64,000 nucleotides of DNA from an uncultured Planctomycetaceae bacterium. GTDB taxonomy: Bacteria > Planctomycetota > Planctomycetia > Planctomycetales > Planctomycetaceae. Location of the stretch: contig CAWFAK010000007.1 in the NCBI GenBank assembly GCA_963813715.1, forward strand, positions 1,053,126 through 1,117,125, written 5' to 3'. Positions 11,819-21,885 of the stretch are shown here, piece after piece (the stretch's first letter is position 1; every line of letters starts with the position of its first letter). The position numbers and the translations under genes were made by a program. Below the pieces are notes generated by a model, which saw only the letters and a program-made list of their open reading frames with translations, did no database searches and had not been told where the DNA came from.

Positions 11819-13271
11819 TCAGGCCATCCGCCGTTGGGGACTATGTTCGAGCAGGGCGACTGCAAGCCAGGCAGCCATCGCGAACAGAACTAGACCGGGA
11901 ACCGTGGACAGCAGCAACCCGACCTTTCCGCTCAGATGAGCGGCGACAAAGACGTCCGCCAACCGCATCAACTCGGCCGGAAACATCAGGGCTGCGAACA
12001 GGGCGAAATAAAGTGCGGTCTTCGTGGGCGACGCGCCTGCCTCGCGATTCGTGGAATAGAGTACGGCCAGCGGGAGGAGCAGTAAGACGAAGTAGTGCGA
12101 CCAACACAAGGGCGAGAGCAAACAACTGCCGACCACGAACAGTGAGAACGCCACGTCCGCGAAGCGAGCCGTCGGCGGCTGGGGCCCTCGGCGGACAATC
12201 GCGAAACAGACGGCCCCGAGCAGGCACACGCACACGGCCGCGTAGAAGCCGAACGATCGTAACAGCGGCACGGACAAGATGTAGCTGGCCTGGGTCAGAA
12301 TCTGATACAGCGAACAGTTGTCGAACGCGGCCGCGTGGGTCGCGGCATCGAAGTGAGCCGTCCGCGAATATTCGACGAACGATTGGAACCCAAAGCACAG
12401 CACGGCCAGTACATTCAACGCCAGCGTTGCGAACAGCGCGGCCGCACAACTCAGGCGGGCGCGGAGCAGAAAATAGACGAGCAACAGCGCCGGAAACAGT
12501 TTGAGCGAGATCGCCACTCCGAGCGCGATCCCGCTGGCGACGAACCGGGCTTTGTGCAACCAGTGCCAGCTCAACGTGACCAACAGGGCGAGCAGGGCCC
12601 CAGTCTGCCCTGCGCAGCACCCAGCTCATCGGCTCGCAACTGAGCAAGAGCGCGACGACCAGCGCCTTCTGTTTCCAGTCCCAATCAAAGCGCAATTCGC
12701 GATCGATCAAAAACAGCGTCGCGAGCATGAAGCCGACGGAGAGCAAGGCAAACGCCAACGAAGTCCCATGCACGCCGAAGAGATAATACAGCGGGATGAA
12801 CGAAAGAATCATGAACGGCGGATGCGCCTGTAGCGACAGTACCCGCGCGACGTCGTAAAGCTTCTCGTCCTCCTCGCGCCCAACTCGGGCCACAGCGGCT
12901 GCAACGACGACGGACGCGGCTCGTCGTCGAGGGCTTTTTCGATCAAAGGGCCAATCTGCGTGGTCGGCAGCGGCCGATGTGCCAACGCCTCTTTGGCCGC
13001 GACCAGGTCTTGCATGATCGCCAGCGGAGCGACATAGGCGATGTGGATCGAAACAGCGATCACCAGCAGGCTGAACAAGCCGACGGGGACCACCAGGACC
13101 AGCGTCGAAGGAATTGGGCTCTTGCCCAGAAAGGAGCGCCACGGCGGCCGCCGCGCTGATGCCGGCAAGCACCAGCCAGGAGACCGCATGCAAAATGAGA
13201 TAAATCTTGAGCATCGTGTTGGAGAGTCGGCCGCGACTCGCCAGAGATCCAATCGTCAGCGATCCGATCAT
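11819..13271 (-). CDS. GT87/DUF2029-like multi-TM (GT-C) glycosyltransferase; apparent frameshifts near 12860 and 12600
   Basis: HPPF, AISLKLFP and SPLCWSHY motifs across three frames, with many hydrophobic segments. Confidence 0.75.
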
Positions 13272-13293
13272 CAGAGTTCCGAGAGACGGCCGA

Positions 13294-14137
13294 TCAGATG
13301 CACTCCGCGAAGATGTACTCGAGCCGGCGGAAAATCGCGACGGCCCCGCCGAAGATCCCCACGGCCGCCATCGTGCTATAGCCGAGCCAGGCGAGATTCG
13401 GCGTCTGTCCCAGCACGACCGCGTCCGACATCCCCTCGAGCAGCGGCGCAACGGGGTTCATCAGCAATACCCACTCCCAGCGGCCGAGGATCGACGCACT
13501 AAAGAAGACGGGCGTGACGAAGATGGCAAACATCACAAAGATTTCGACCAGGTACTTCACGTCTCGGAAGAAGAGCCCGGCCGCCGACAGAAATATCGCC
13601 AGCCCCGCAGTCAGCAGGATCAAGAGTACGACGATCGGCGGCACCCACAGGAGGTTGACGCTGATGGGCACTCCCACACAGGCCAGAATCACCGTCAGCA
13701 CGCACGAGGCGACGACGAAGTCGAACAGGTTCGCGAGCACGGCCGACAACGGCACGACGAGCCGCGGAAAATAAATCCGCGTCACCAGGCTCGAATTGGA
13801 AATCAGCGAGCTCGTCCCCTGGCGGACGGACGACACAAAAAAAGCCCAGGCGACCGATTTGACGAACACCGGCGTCAAATCCCGCATCGAAAGGGCCTGG
13901 TTGGCAACGCGGGCCATCGCCACCCGCACCACCACTCCCGAAACAACAATCGCCGCCGGCATCAGGATGGCCCAGAGCAGGCCCATCACCGATTGTTTGT
14001 ACCGCACGCGGATATCGCGCCACGTCAGCATGTAGAGCAAATCGCGGTAGCGAACGATCTCGCGCAGCCAATCCCAGGTATGGGAGAGGCCTCGCTCGCG
14101 ACCGATCGGCAGCGCCAGGGACGGGTCTTGCGCTCAT
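13294..14137 (-). CDS. wzm: Polysaccharide ABC transporter permease (second set)
   Basis: RDIRVRYKQSVMGLLWA, IYFPR, FRDV and MNPV. The ATG overlaps the upstream stop (ATGA); apparent frameshift near 14085. Confidence 0.9.
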
Positions 14138-15450
14138 TGAGCCGGGCACTCCGCGAGCAGTCTGTGCTCGATCAACGTTTGGGCTGCCTCGTGAATCAAG
14201 TCGAACGGCAAGCCGGACCGTTCGGCAATTTCCAATAGCGAATGGCTCTCATCGCAGAAGTTGAGCACCCACAGCATGGCCGATTCCCGTCGTCCCGCGT
14301 CCAATCCGCCGATGGCCTGGTACAGCCCGCGCTTGCCCAATTGCGGCTCGCACTTGGGTTGCAGGTTGCGATAGCTGGCGTTGTTCTCGAGTATGCGCAA
14401 CACTGCGAGGTAGGCGTCGAGCGAGTCGGCGAGCGCTTCGGCCCGCACGAACGACAGGTTGTCGGCGGAGGTGTGGTATTCGGGGAAACGGCCGTGCGGC
14501 GTGCGCGTTAGACTACCAACCGGCAAGTTGAACCCGGGCGAGCAATACTGTCGCTCGTCGTAGCCGTAGGGCGTGAAATCGCGGACCTCGTGCTCCGTCC
14601 CGCGTTCCCGCAATACCTGTGTCACGGCCCGGTCGATTTCGGAGTCGCCGCGGCGACTCCTCTTATAGTGCAGCTTTCCGGCGTCTCCCACGCAGGCCGC
14701 CACCAACCCGTGGCGGATCTGGCAGGTCCGTTCTTCGTTACGGGCCAGCCAGGTGATCGAGCCGATCGTGCCGGGAATGAACAGAAAGCGATACGAATAG
14801 CGAAGGTCGCCCCCCGCCAGCACCTGCGCCAGCTTCGTCAGGAGCGCCACGCCGGACAGGTTGTCGTTCGCCAGCGACGGATGACAAACGTGGCAGGAGA
14901 AGAGCACCTCTGCGCTCGTACGGCCACGGAGGAACATCTCGCCGTAGCTGAGTGCGCCGTCAGTCAGGCCGGAGTCGATGAGCACCTCGTACTCGCCCGG
15001 CTCCAGCCGTTTGAGTTGCTCCTGCGAGAGGCAGAATCCCCACGTTTCTTTGTAGTAGGACGTGCGATAAGGCACCCAATCCGGCTGCGCAGGATGCGCG
15101 TGCAGGTGCGGCTTCAATTCCTCGAGCGACAACCGCCGCTGCACGGGCACGCTGTACTGCAACACGTGCAAATTTAATTTGTGGAAGTCGACGATCTTTT
15201 CGCCCCGCGGATTCTTGATCCAGGCGTCGCGAATGTTCCACTCCCGCGGCACCGTCCAGTCGAAGACCGGCGTTCCGGTCGGCACTTCGTGAATCTCGAG
15301 CGGGATTTCGCGGCCGAGGCGCTTGAGCGTCGTCCGCAATCCCTCGCCCGTGATGCTGCGGCACGTCGGATAAAGCTCGGCGATAAGCGCGTGCATCCAC
15401 TCGCCCGCCGCACGCAGGTCGACTTCAGACAGGAGCGGATTCGTTTTCAA
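14134..15450 (-). CDS. DUF4910 / M28 aminopeptidase-like protein with C-terminal winged helix
   Basis: RSITGEG, FDWTVPREW, HPSLANDNLSG, YGYDERQYCSPG, YHTSAD and CEPQLGKRGLY. Confidence 0.9.
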   Translation of the reverse strand: MKTNPLLSEVDLRAAGEWMHALIAELYPTCRSITGEGLRTTLKRLGREIPLEIHEVPTGTPVFDWTVPREWNIRDAWIKNPRGEKIVDFHKLNLHVLQYSVPVQRRLSLEELKPHLHAHPAQPDWVPYRTSYYKETWGFCLSQEQLKRLEPGEYEVLIDSGLTDGALSYGEMFLRGRTSAEVLFSCHVCHPSLANDNLSGVALLTKLAQVLAGGDLRYSYRFLFIPGTIGSITWLARNEERTCQIRHGLVAACVGDAGKLHYKRSRRGDSEIDRAVTQVLRERGTEHEVRDFTPYGYDERQYCSPGFNLPVGSLTRTPHGRFPEYHTSADNLSFVRAEALADSLDAYLAVLRILENNASYRNLQPKCEPQLGKRGLYQAIGGLDAGRRESAMLWVLNFCDESHSLLEIAERSGLPFDLIHEAAQTLIEHRLLAECPAQ

Positions 15451-16028
15451 GACGGAACCGCCGGTGCGGGTTGGGTCAGGGATAGCCGCGGATCGTCCAA
15501 GCCCTGACAGTCGGCGTAACCGGCGTCCTGGTCGGAGATCATGCTGACGGGCAGCGGCCAGGGAATGGCAAACAAGGAATCGTTCCAGCGGACGCCGGCG
15601 GCCGACGCGGGAATGTAAAACTCGGTCATTTGGTAGGCGACTTCAGTGTCATCGGCCAGAGTTTGAAAGCCGTGGGCGAAATTCTTCGGCACGTAGAGCG
15701 TGCGGCGGTTGGCCGACGACAGTTCGACGGCGAAATGCTTGAGAAACGTGGGCGACTCGACTCGCAGGTCGATGATCACGTCGAAAATGGCACCCGCCGT
15801 GCATCGGACGAGCTTCACTTCCTGCGAGGGCGGACGCTGAAAGTGCACCCCCCGCACCGTTCCCCGCAGACGGTTGAACGAGAGACTGCACTGTGCCAGC
15901 TCGGTCTCCAGGCCATGCTCCTCGAACTCCCGGCGGCAGAAGGTGCGGGCGAAAAAACCTCGCTGATCCTCTCGCGGCTCGATATCGATCAGAAAGGCGC
16001 CCGCGAGCCGGGTCTCGGTGAATTTCAT
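15447..16028 (-). CDS. rfbC: dTDP-4-dehydrorhamnose 3,5-epimerase family
   Basis: DQRGFF, RGVHFQ, DLRVESPTF and AHGFQTL. Confidence 0.93.
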   Translation of the reverse strand: MKFTETRLAGAFLIDIEPREDQRGFFARTFCRREFEEHGLETELAQCSLSFNRLRGTVRGVHFQRPPSQEVKLVRCTAGAIFDVIIDLRVESPTFLKHFAVELSSANRRTLYVPKNFAHGFQTLADDTEVAYQMTEFYIPASAAGVRWNDSLFAIPWPLPVSMISDQDAGYADCQGLDDPRLSLTQPAPAVPS

Positions 16029-16119
16029 ACTTTTCGTCCGAGCCTTCGGTGCTGCTCGGCAGCTCCTCGTTTCATCGCTTGTTCACGGACTCCGTGCCGT
16101 GAACGAAATCGGGGGAAAC

Positions 16120-17982
16120 TCAATTGCTGGGGTCCATTCTCGTCAGGTTGATCGTCCGTACAACGGACGCCTCATCATCTAAAGTTCCGCTCACCAAGCT
16201 GGTTTTATCGCCCGCAATGCGGATCACGCCTTCTTGCATTCCGCGCTTGACATAAACCAGATCACGGTCGTCGCCCCGTGCATGGATAATGCAATCCGGT
16301 GGTGTGGCGGTTTCCGCCAGGAAGGTCCCTTCGTGCGGCGCCAGAGAATAGAAGTCCCCCACGAGGGACTCGATCGAAGCGGCTAAGTCCCGCTGTTGGA
16401 AATCTTGATCAATCGTTTTGGGAAGTCGGATGGCACGGGTGGCAATGACCGCGGGGATTCGGGTGATCGCCGAGGCACCAAAGCGGTCGAACTCCTCACT
16501 TCTGTAAGGCATGGCGGTGCGATGGTCGCCGGTGATGAACAGCAGTCCATTCTCAAAAAAACCGCCGGCCGCCAGCCGATCGTAGAACGTCCCCAGGGCG
16601 GCGTCGCATTCGCGTCGAACGGGCGCTTCGCCGTCAACCGCGCTGCCGTCCAACGCCAGGAAGGGCCGGTGACTCCAGAACGTTTGGATCACGACCAGAA
16701 ATGGGGCGTGCGCGTTAAGCTGCTCGATCTCTTTCAGGCCAATCTCGTACGCTTTACGGTCTGGCACGGCTCCGAACGGGCCGAGGACCTTCAGCGCTTT
16801 GAATCGCGGATCCTCACCTCCAACGATTCTTTGAAAACCAACCTCCTTCAGCCATTCCCTCTGCCCCAGACAGTCAAGATCGCCCGCTCCGATGAACTCG
16901 GTCTGATAGCCGAGCCGGGCGACCGTCTGCGGCAGCGCTCGCGAAAGCTTCGGGTAATCGTTCAGCCGAGGTGAGCCCGCAAAGTTCCATTTGGCCTGTT
17001 CGGGCGGTATCGGAAACTGTCGCCCCAGCAGACTGACTAGCCCACCAATTGTCGTCCAGCCGTTTGCGTGAAAATTCGTCAGAGCCGTTTCGCGTCGGGC
17101 GATTTCGTCGAGCCTTGGCGTCCAGTTCTCGACGCCGGAAAAAAAGTCCGAATGAAACGCCGACAGACTTTCAATCATGACGACAATCACGTTGACGCGT
17201 TTATGTCGTCCCGGCTTTACGATCGGCGGGATGGGTGCCGCGGCTTCCAGTTCGGCGCGGAAGGCGACGCTGAAGCCCTGCCGCACAAAACAATCTTTAT
17301 TCCGCTCGACGACGTTTTCGTAAAGCGGCTTGTCGTTCGGGCAATAAAAGTAGGGGGATGCGGGGAAAATGTAAGTCGCCAGCGGGAGGGCTGTAAGCGG
17401 CAGCAACCATCGCGGGTGGTGAGACCCCAGCAGGGGCTTCGTCATTAAATGGACTGAGGCTCTCGCCAAAATCAGCGCAGCTCCGAGCAATGCGAGCAGC
17501 TTCAAAGGATTGGAGTGAAGCACCGCTTTCGACCCGGAATTTGACCATAATCCGACCATATGCAAGTCAGATGAGAACGTGACGACGTCATGAACATAGA
17601 GCCGGGTGTTGAAATAGTGGTAGACGAACACGTCGAAGACATAGATGAAGATCACTGCGAGACAAAGGCAGAGACACAGCCTTGCGAGGATAGCGCGCGA
17701 GAGTCCGGCCCCCGACTTGAGCACCGCGGCCAATGAGTAGAGAACAAACACGGCAGCGAAAATCCCCGAATCGCGTTTGACGATCGACAGGAAAAGCGGG
17801 CCGGCGGCTCCCGGACTCATCAATTGAAACCGGTGCAACAGAGCGCCGATCAAAAGCACGATGAAGGCCGGTTCCGGACGGGAAGCGAGTTGCCGAAGGC
17901 GACGGGGCAGCGTGGGGGAGACACCGCCGACAGACGCTGCCAGAGTCGGACTCGGCACGGCCACGCGGAGGTCGCGATTCAT
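16120..17982 (-). CDS. LTA synthase/OpgB-like alkaline-phosphatase-superfamily membrane transferase
   Basis: About five N-terminal TM segments, then VMIESL, NGWTT (Thr nucleophile position), SHRPF and TGDH. Confidence 0.82.
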   Translation of the reverse strand: MNRDLRVAVPSPTLAASVGGVSPTLPRRLRQLASRPEPAFIVLLIGALLHRFQLMSPGAAGPLFLSIVKRDSGIFAAVFVLYSLAAVLKSGAGLSRAILARLCLCLCLAVIFIYVFDVFVYHYFNTRLYVHDVVTFSSDLHMVGLWSNSGSKAVLHSNPLKLLALLGAALILARASVHLMTKPLLGSHHPRWLLPLTALPLATYIFPASPYFYCPNDKPLYENVVERNKDCFVRQGFSVAFRAELEAAAPIPPIVKPGRHKRVNVIVVMIESLSAFHSDFFSGVENWTPRLDEIARRETALTNFHANGWTTIGGLVSLLGRQFPIPPEQAKWNFAGSPRLNDYPKLSRALPQTVARLGYQTEFIGAGDLDCLGQREWLKEVGFQRIVGGEDPRFKALKVLGPFGAVPDRKAYEIGLKEIEQLNAHAPFLVVIQTFWSHRPFLALDGSAVDGEAPVRRECDAALGTFYDRLAAGGFFENGLLFITGDHRTAMPYRSEEFDRFGASAITRIPAVIATRAIRLPKTIDQDFQQRDLAASIESLVGDFYSLAPHEGTFLAETATPPDCIIHARGDDRDLVYVKRGMQEGVIRIAGDKTSLVSGTLDDEASVVRTINLTRMDPSN

Positions 17983-19270
17983 CACTCGACCTCCACGCGC
18001 GGAATCGGCACCACAAAACGTCCTCCCCATTGTCGGACATAAGCCAGTTGCCGCTTGATCTCGTCCTGCAGGTTCCAGGGCAGGATCAGCACGTAATCAG
18101 GTCGTGTTTCCCGGATCCTGTCGGGGTGGTGAATGGGGATGTGCGTTCCCGGCAGAAATTTTCCTTGCTTGTACGGGTTGCGATCAACGGTGTACTCGAG
18201 CAGGTCGCTCCGCACGCCGCAGTAGTTGAGCAATGTGTTCCCTTTTCCGGGAGCCCCGTAGCCGGCGACCGACTTGCCGGCATTCTTCGCCTCGATCAGA
18301 AACGATAAGAGGGCCCGCTTGGTCTTGTTCACTTCGGCGGCGAAGTCGGCGTAACTCTCCAACCGCGTGAGGCCCGCCTCGGCCTCGCGCGATCGCAGCG
18401 CCCCCACGCTCTCTTTCACAGGGCGAGATTCGTTCTCCGCGTGTCGGGCAAAAATCCGTAGCGAGCCGCCGTGCGTCGGCAGCTCTTCGACGTCGAAGAG
18501 CGTCAGTCCGTGAGCGGCGAAGATCCGCTCAGCCGTGGTCAGCGAAAAGTAGGAAAAGTGCTCGTGATAAACCTGGTCGAACTGCATGCCCTGCATGGTC
18601 CGCAACAGGTGGGGGAATTCGACCGTCACGACGCCGTCAGCCGCCAACAGGATTTTGATACCGCCGACGAAGTCGTTGAGGTCGGGAACCTGGGCCAGGA
18701 CGTTGTTGCCCACGATTAGGTCGGCCCGCTTGCCGGCCGCGGCCAGTTCGCGGGCTAGCGCCTGCCGAAAAACTTGACGAGCGTCGGCACGCCCTCGCGA
18801 TTGGCCACGTCAGCGATATTCGCAGCGGGTTCGATCCCCAGGCAGGGAATTTCGCGGGCCACGAAATGTTTGAGCAGGTAGCCGTCGTTGCTGGCCAGTT
18901 CGACGACGTGGCTCGCCGGACCCAACCGCAGCCGCTCGATCATCTCTTCCGTGTAAAGCCGTGCGTGCTCAACCCAACTCGTCGAGTACGACGAGAAGTA
19001 GGCATACTCGCTGAAGATGTGCTCGGCGCTCACGAATTCTTCGAGCTGTACCAGGAAGCATTCGCCGCAGACATACGCGTGCAGCGGGTAGAACGGCTCC
19101 ATCTGGTTGAGCTGCTCGCGGCTCAAGTAGCTTTCGCACAACGGCGACATCCCCAGGTCGACGAACGTCGCGCTCAGCGGAGCCGCGCAGAAGCGGCACC
19201 GCGCCGACGCCGTTTTGCCGGTGCCGCCCGTTGTTTTGCTCGCTGTTTCGATGGCGTGAGCGATGCTCAA
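17982..19270 (-). CDS. NDP-sugar C-methyltransferase family (Zn-binding N-terminal domain); apparent frameshift near 18760
   Basis: CRFC...CGECFLVQL, ELASNDG, YHEHFSYFS, GYGAPGKG and ILPWNL. Confidence 0.9.
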
Positions 19271-19280
19271 TTACCTTTCC

Positions 19281-20192
19281 TCAGCCGCGCAGGTTGCTCG
19301 CGAGTTCATTCCAGAGCATCCGCCGGTAAGAAACCGACCTTCTCAGCAGGTAACGACAGATTCTGACCTTTTCCGGAATTCCGATTGGCGAACGCAAAAC
19401 TGCCTGGAAATACCCGAAGAAGGATCTCCACGTCGGCCAGTACCAGCGCGACGTCGAATTGGGAGAGCAAAGCTTCAGGTTCTCGCGATTGCTGCGCAGT
19501 TTTGTCGCCGTGCCCGGCGCCTCGCGCCGGTAAAACAGGACTTGGGGCACCTCGCAGAACTGCCCATACAGCGCCAGTTCCGCGATCATGACCATGTCGG
19601 CAGCAGGATAAGGCTGCTCCAGCATGGTTTGACGCAGACTCTCCGATCGGAAGAGCCCCGCGTGCACGTTGTTGTAGTAGGAATGGTCAACGACGTGGCG
19701 GAATCGTCGACTGGGACGGGAGTCGTCAATGACCAGGTTTTCCTCGAAAGCGCTCAGGATCCGGCCGTCCTGATCGATCGCCATCGTCTTGCCAAAACAG
19801 AGCACGACTTCTGGGCGCTCGTCCAGAACTTTTTTGCACACTTTCAGGAGATCGCGGTCGCAGACGTCATTGTCGGCGGCCCACTTGAAATATTGCCCTC
19901 TCGCTTGCTCAAAAACAAAATTGAAGTTCCGGGGCGCTCCGACGTTCGTGGGCTGTCGGAAATAACGGATGCGGGGATCCTTTCCGGCAACCTCCTGGCA
20001 GATCTCAGGCGTACGATCGTCCGACGCGTTGTCGGAGATGACTAGCTCGAAGTCCGAAAAACTCTGGCCGAGAATCGACTCAAGCACCGGGACAATGTAT
20101 TTTTCCCCATTAAAAACCGGCATTCCGATGCTAACAGGTGGGGGCATGCGGCGCTGCGCGTTCGGGCAAGCGATCATTTCGACCGGCATCAA
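19281..20192 (-). CDS. Glycosyltransferase family 2
   Basis: SIGMPVFNGE, ISDNASDD and KWAADND. Confidence 0.9.
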   Translation of the reverse strand: MMPVEMIACPNAQRRMPPPVSIGMPVFNGEKYIVPVLESILGQSFSDFELVISDNASDDRTPEICQEVAGKDPRIRYFRQPTNVGAPRNFNFVFEQARGQYFKWAADNDVCDRDLLKVCKKVLDERPEVVLCFGKTMAIDQDGRILSAFEENLVIDDSRPSRRFRHVVDHSYYNNVHAGLFRSESLRQTMLEQPYPAADMVMIAELALYGQFCEVPQVLFYRREAPGTATKLRSNRENLKLCSPNSTSRWYWPTWRSFFGYFQAVLRSPIGIPEKVRICRYLLRRSVSYRRMLWNELASNLRG

Positions 20193-20222
20193 GGCTTCAT
20201 CCGCAAACCGCCAGCTCGCGTT

Positions 20223-21188
20223 TCACGCAGGCCCCCTTTTTACGCAGGCACCGGGCCGCCGGTACGATTTGCGGCCTCGGGCATGTAGATCAACTCGCCG
20301 TCCGCAGGCGGCCGTTCGTCGTAAAGAGCGGCGGTCTCGTCGGGCAGTCGGGCGTAATCGCTCCCTCGCAAAAAGTCTCTCAAGGTCGTCCCTGTGCATG
20401 CCGAATCGATCAGCGGTGCGCACCCGCCGAGCCAATACGTCGTCCAGGTGGACGGTCCTGAAATCGATGCTGAACCGCGTGAGGCCCGACGTGTTTCGAA
20501 ACCGTCGAATGCATCTGGGCACGGAGAAGATGACAAGTCCTCCCGCCTCGCACACGATCCGAAGTTGCGAGTCAAGTTCGAGGGCTTCCTCGGCCTGGGG
20601 TTGTTTTCGCGTGTCGACCTTGATCTGCTTCGAAGCCTCCCGCCGGCTTTCTTTGTTCCATTTGTAGTAGTCGTATTCCCGCGAACTGTTTCGAACCGCC
20701 TGGCCCCAATACTTCGGATGGAAGGCCATGGTATTTTCTTTCCGGATGTCGAAGACGGGCAGCCACCAATTCAATTGACAGGGGGGCGCGGAGAACCAGG
20801 TGTCGCGGTGCGGGTGAAAGGCATAGGCGAGCCCCGCGGTCAGGTAGTCGTCGGGCGCCATGGTTCGCAGGCGAGGCACGTCAAAATAGGTTTTTTCGAG
20901 ATCGCAGTCTAAGTCAGTCAAGAGGCCCTGAATCAGCTCTTTCGAGCGCGGGTGGTGGATGAACTTCGGTTTGAGCACGGCCAGGATCTCGACATATTGC
21001 TCGACCGGAATAAAGCGGTGCGCGACCTCCGGATCGTGCGGAGCGAACGCGTCCCGCGCTAGCTCGCTGGCGAACTGGCAAAGCTCCAGCGACCGGCGCG
21101 TCGCTGAGTAAACCACTAATTGCCCTTCGTACAACAGCTCCCGCCGTTCGTTGTCATCGGTCTTGGCATTGAAAAAGATCGTGTTCAT
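20223..21188 (-). CDS. Probable Fe(II)/2-oxoglutarate-dependent oxygenase-fold protein (local frameshifts about 20520-20420)
   Basis: HRD facial-triad motif, NWWLP, a distal His in an alternate frame (AQMHSTV) and RFSIDFR. Confidence 0.65.
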   Translation of the reverse strand: MNTIFFNAKTDDNERRELLYEGQLVVYSATRRSLELCQFASELARDAFAPHDPEVAHRFIPVEQYVEILAVLKPKFIHHPRSKELIQGLLTDLDCDLEKTYFDVPRLRTMAPDDYLTAGLAYAFHPHRDTWFSAPPCQLNWWLPVFDIRKENTMAFHPKYWGQAVRNSSREYDYYKWNKESRREASKQIKVDTRKQPQAEEALELDSQLRIVCEAGGLVIFSVPRCIRRFRNTSGLTRFSIDFRTVHLDDVLARRVRTADRFGMHRDDLERLFARERLRPTARRDRRSLRRTAACGRRVDLHARGRKSYRRPGACVKRGPA

Positions 21189-21230
21189 CGTTCACCTCGC
21201 CCAAGTTTGTCGAAGCTCACTCGCCGGAGA

Positions 21231-21875
21231 TCATTGCGTGCCGTCCGCCTGCCGCTCACCGATCACGCGGCATGGTGAGCCGCCCGCGATGACGCCGGCC
21301 GGCACGTCGTGCGTGACCACGCTGCCGGCGGCCACCACTGCGCCACGGCGTACAATCACCCCCGGCAGCACAACGGCCCGGGCCGCCACCCAGGCGGCCT
21401 CTTCGATCACGATCGGCTTCACGATCAGGTCAAACGTCACCCGGCGATGGTCGTGGCTGCCCGTGCACAAGTAAGCCCCCTGGGAGATGCAGGCGTCCTC
21501 AGCCACTTCGACGTCGGCCAGGTTGTCGATCCAAACGTCCTCGCCGATCCAACAATGCGCGCCCAGTCGCAGTCGCCAGGGGAACTTGATCCGTACATGC
21601 GGCTTGATCACCGCCCCGGCGCCCACCGCAGCCCCGAAGCGACGCAGCAGCCAGCACTTGATACCGTAAAGTGGCATCCATCCCGACTGAAAGACGACGA
21701 GACTCGCCACGTACCACAACACGCGGATGAGCGGCCCGCGGCCCGGACTGTAATCCTTTGGCGGTGAATAGGCCGACAGGGATGCCCACTGCGCTCGCGG
21801 CACGGTGAGCAGCGAGTCGCCCGACGGCGAGGCAACCGCCGGATCGAGCGTCGTCGGATCGTCCGTCGCCGTCAC
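21231..21875 (-). CDS. wcaF: WcaF-like hexapeptide-repeat acetyltransferase
   Basis: LLRRFGA, IKFPWRL, WIGEDVWIDNL and CTGSHD. Confidence 0.85.
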   Translation of the reverse strand: MTATDDPTTLDPAVASPSGDSLLTVPRAQWASLSAYSPPKDYSPGRGPLIRVLWYVASLVVFQSGWMPLYGIKCWLLRRFGAAVGAGAVIKPHVRIKFPWRLRLGAHCWIGEDVWIDNLADVEVAEDACISQGAYLCTGSHDHRRVTFDLIVKPIVIEEAAWVAARAVVLPGVIVRRGAVVAAGSVVTHDVPAGVIAGGSPCRVIGERQADGTQ

Positions 21876-21885
21876 GTTGCGCGGT

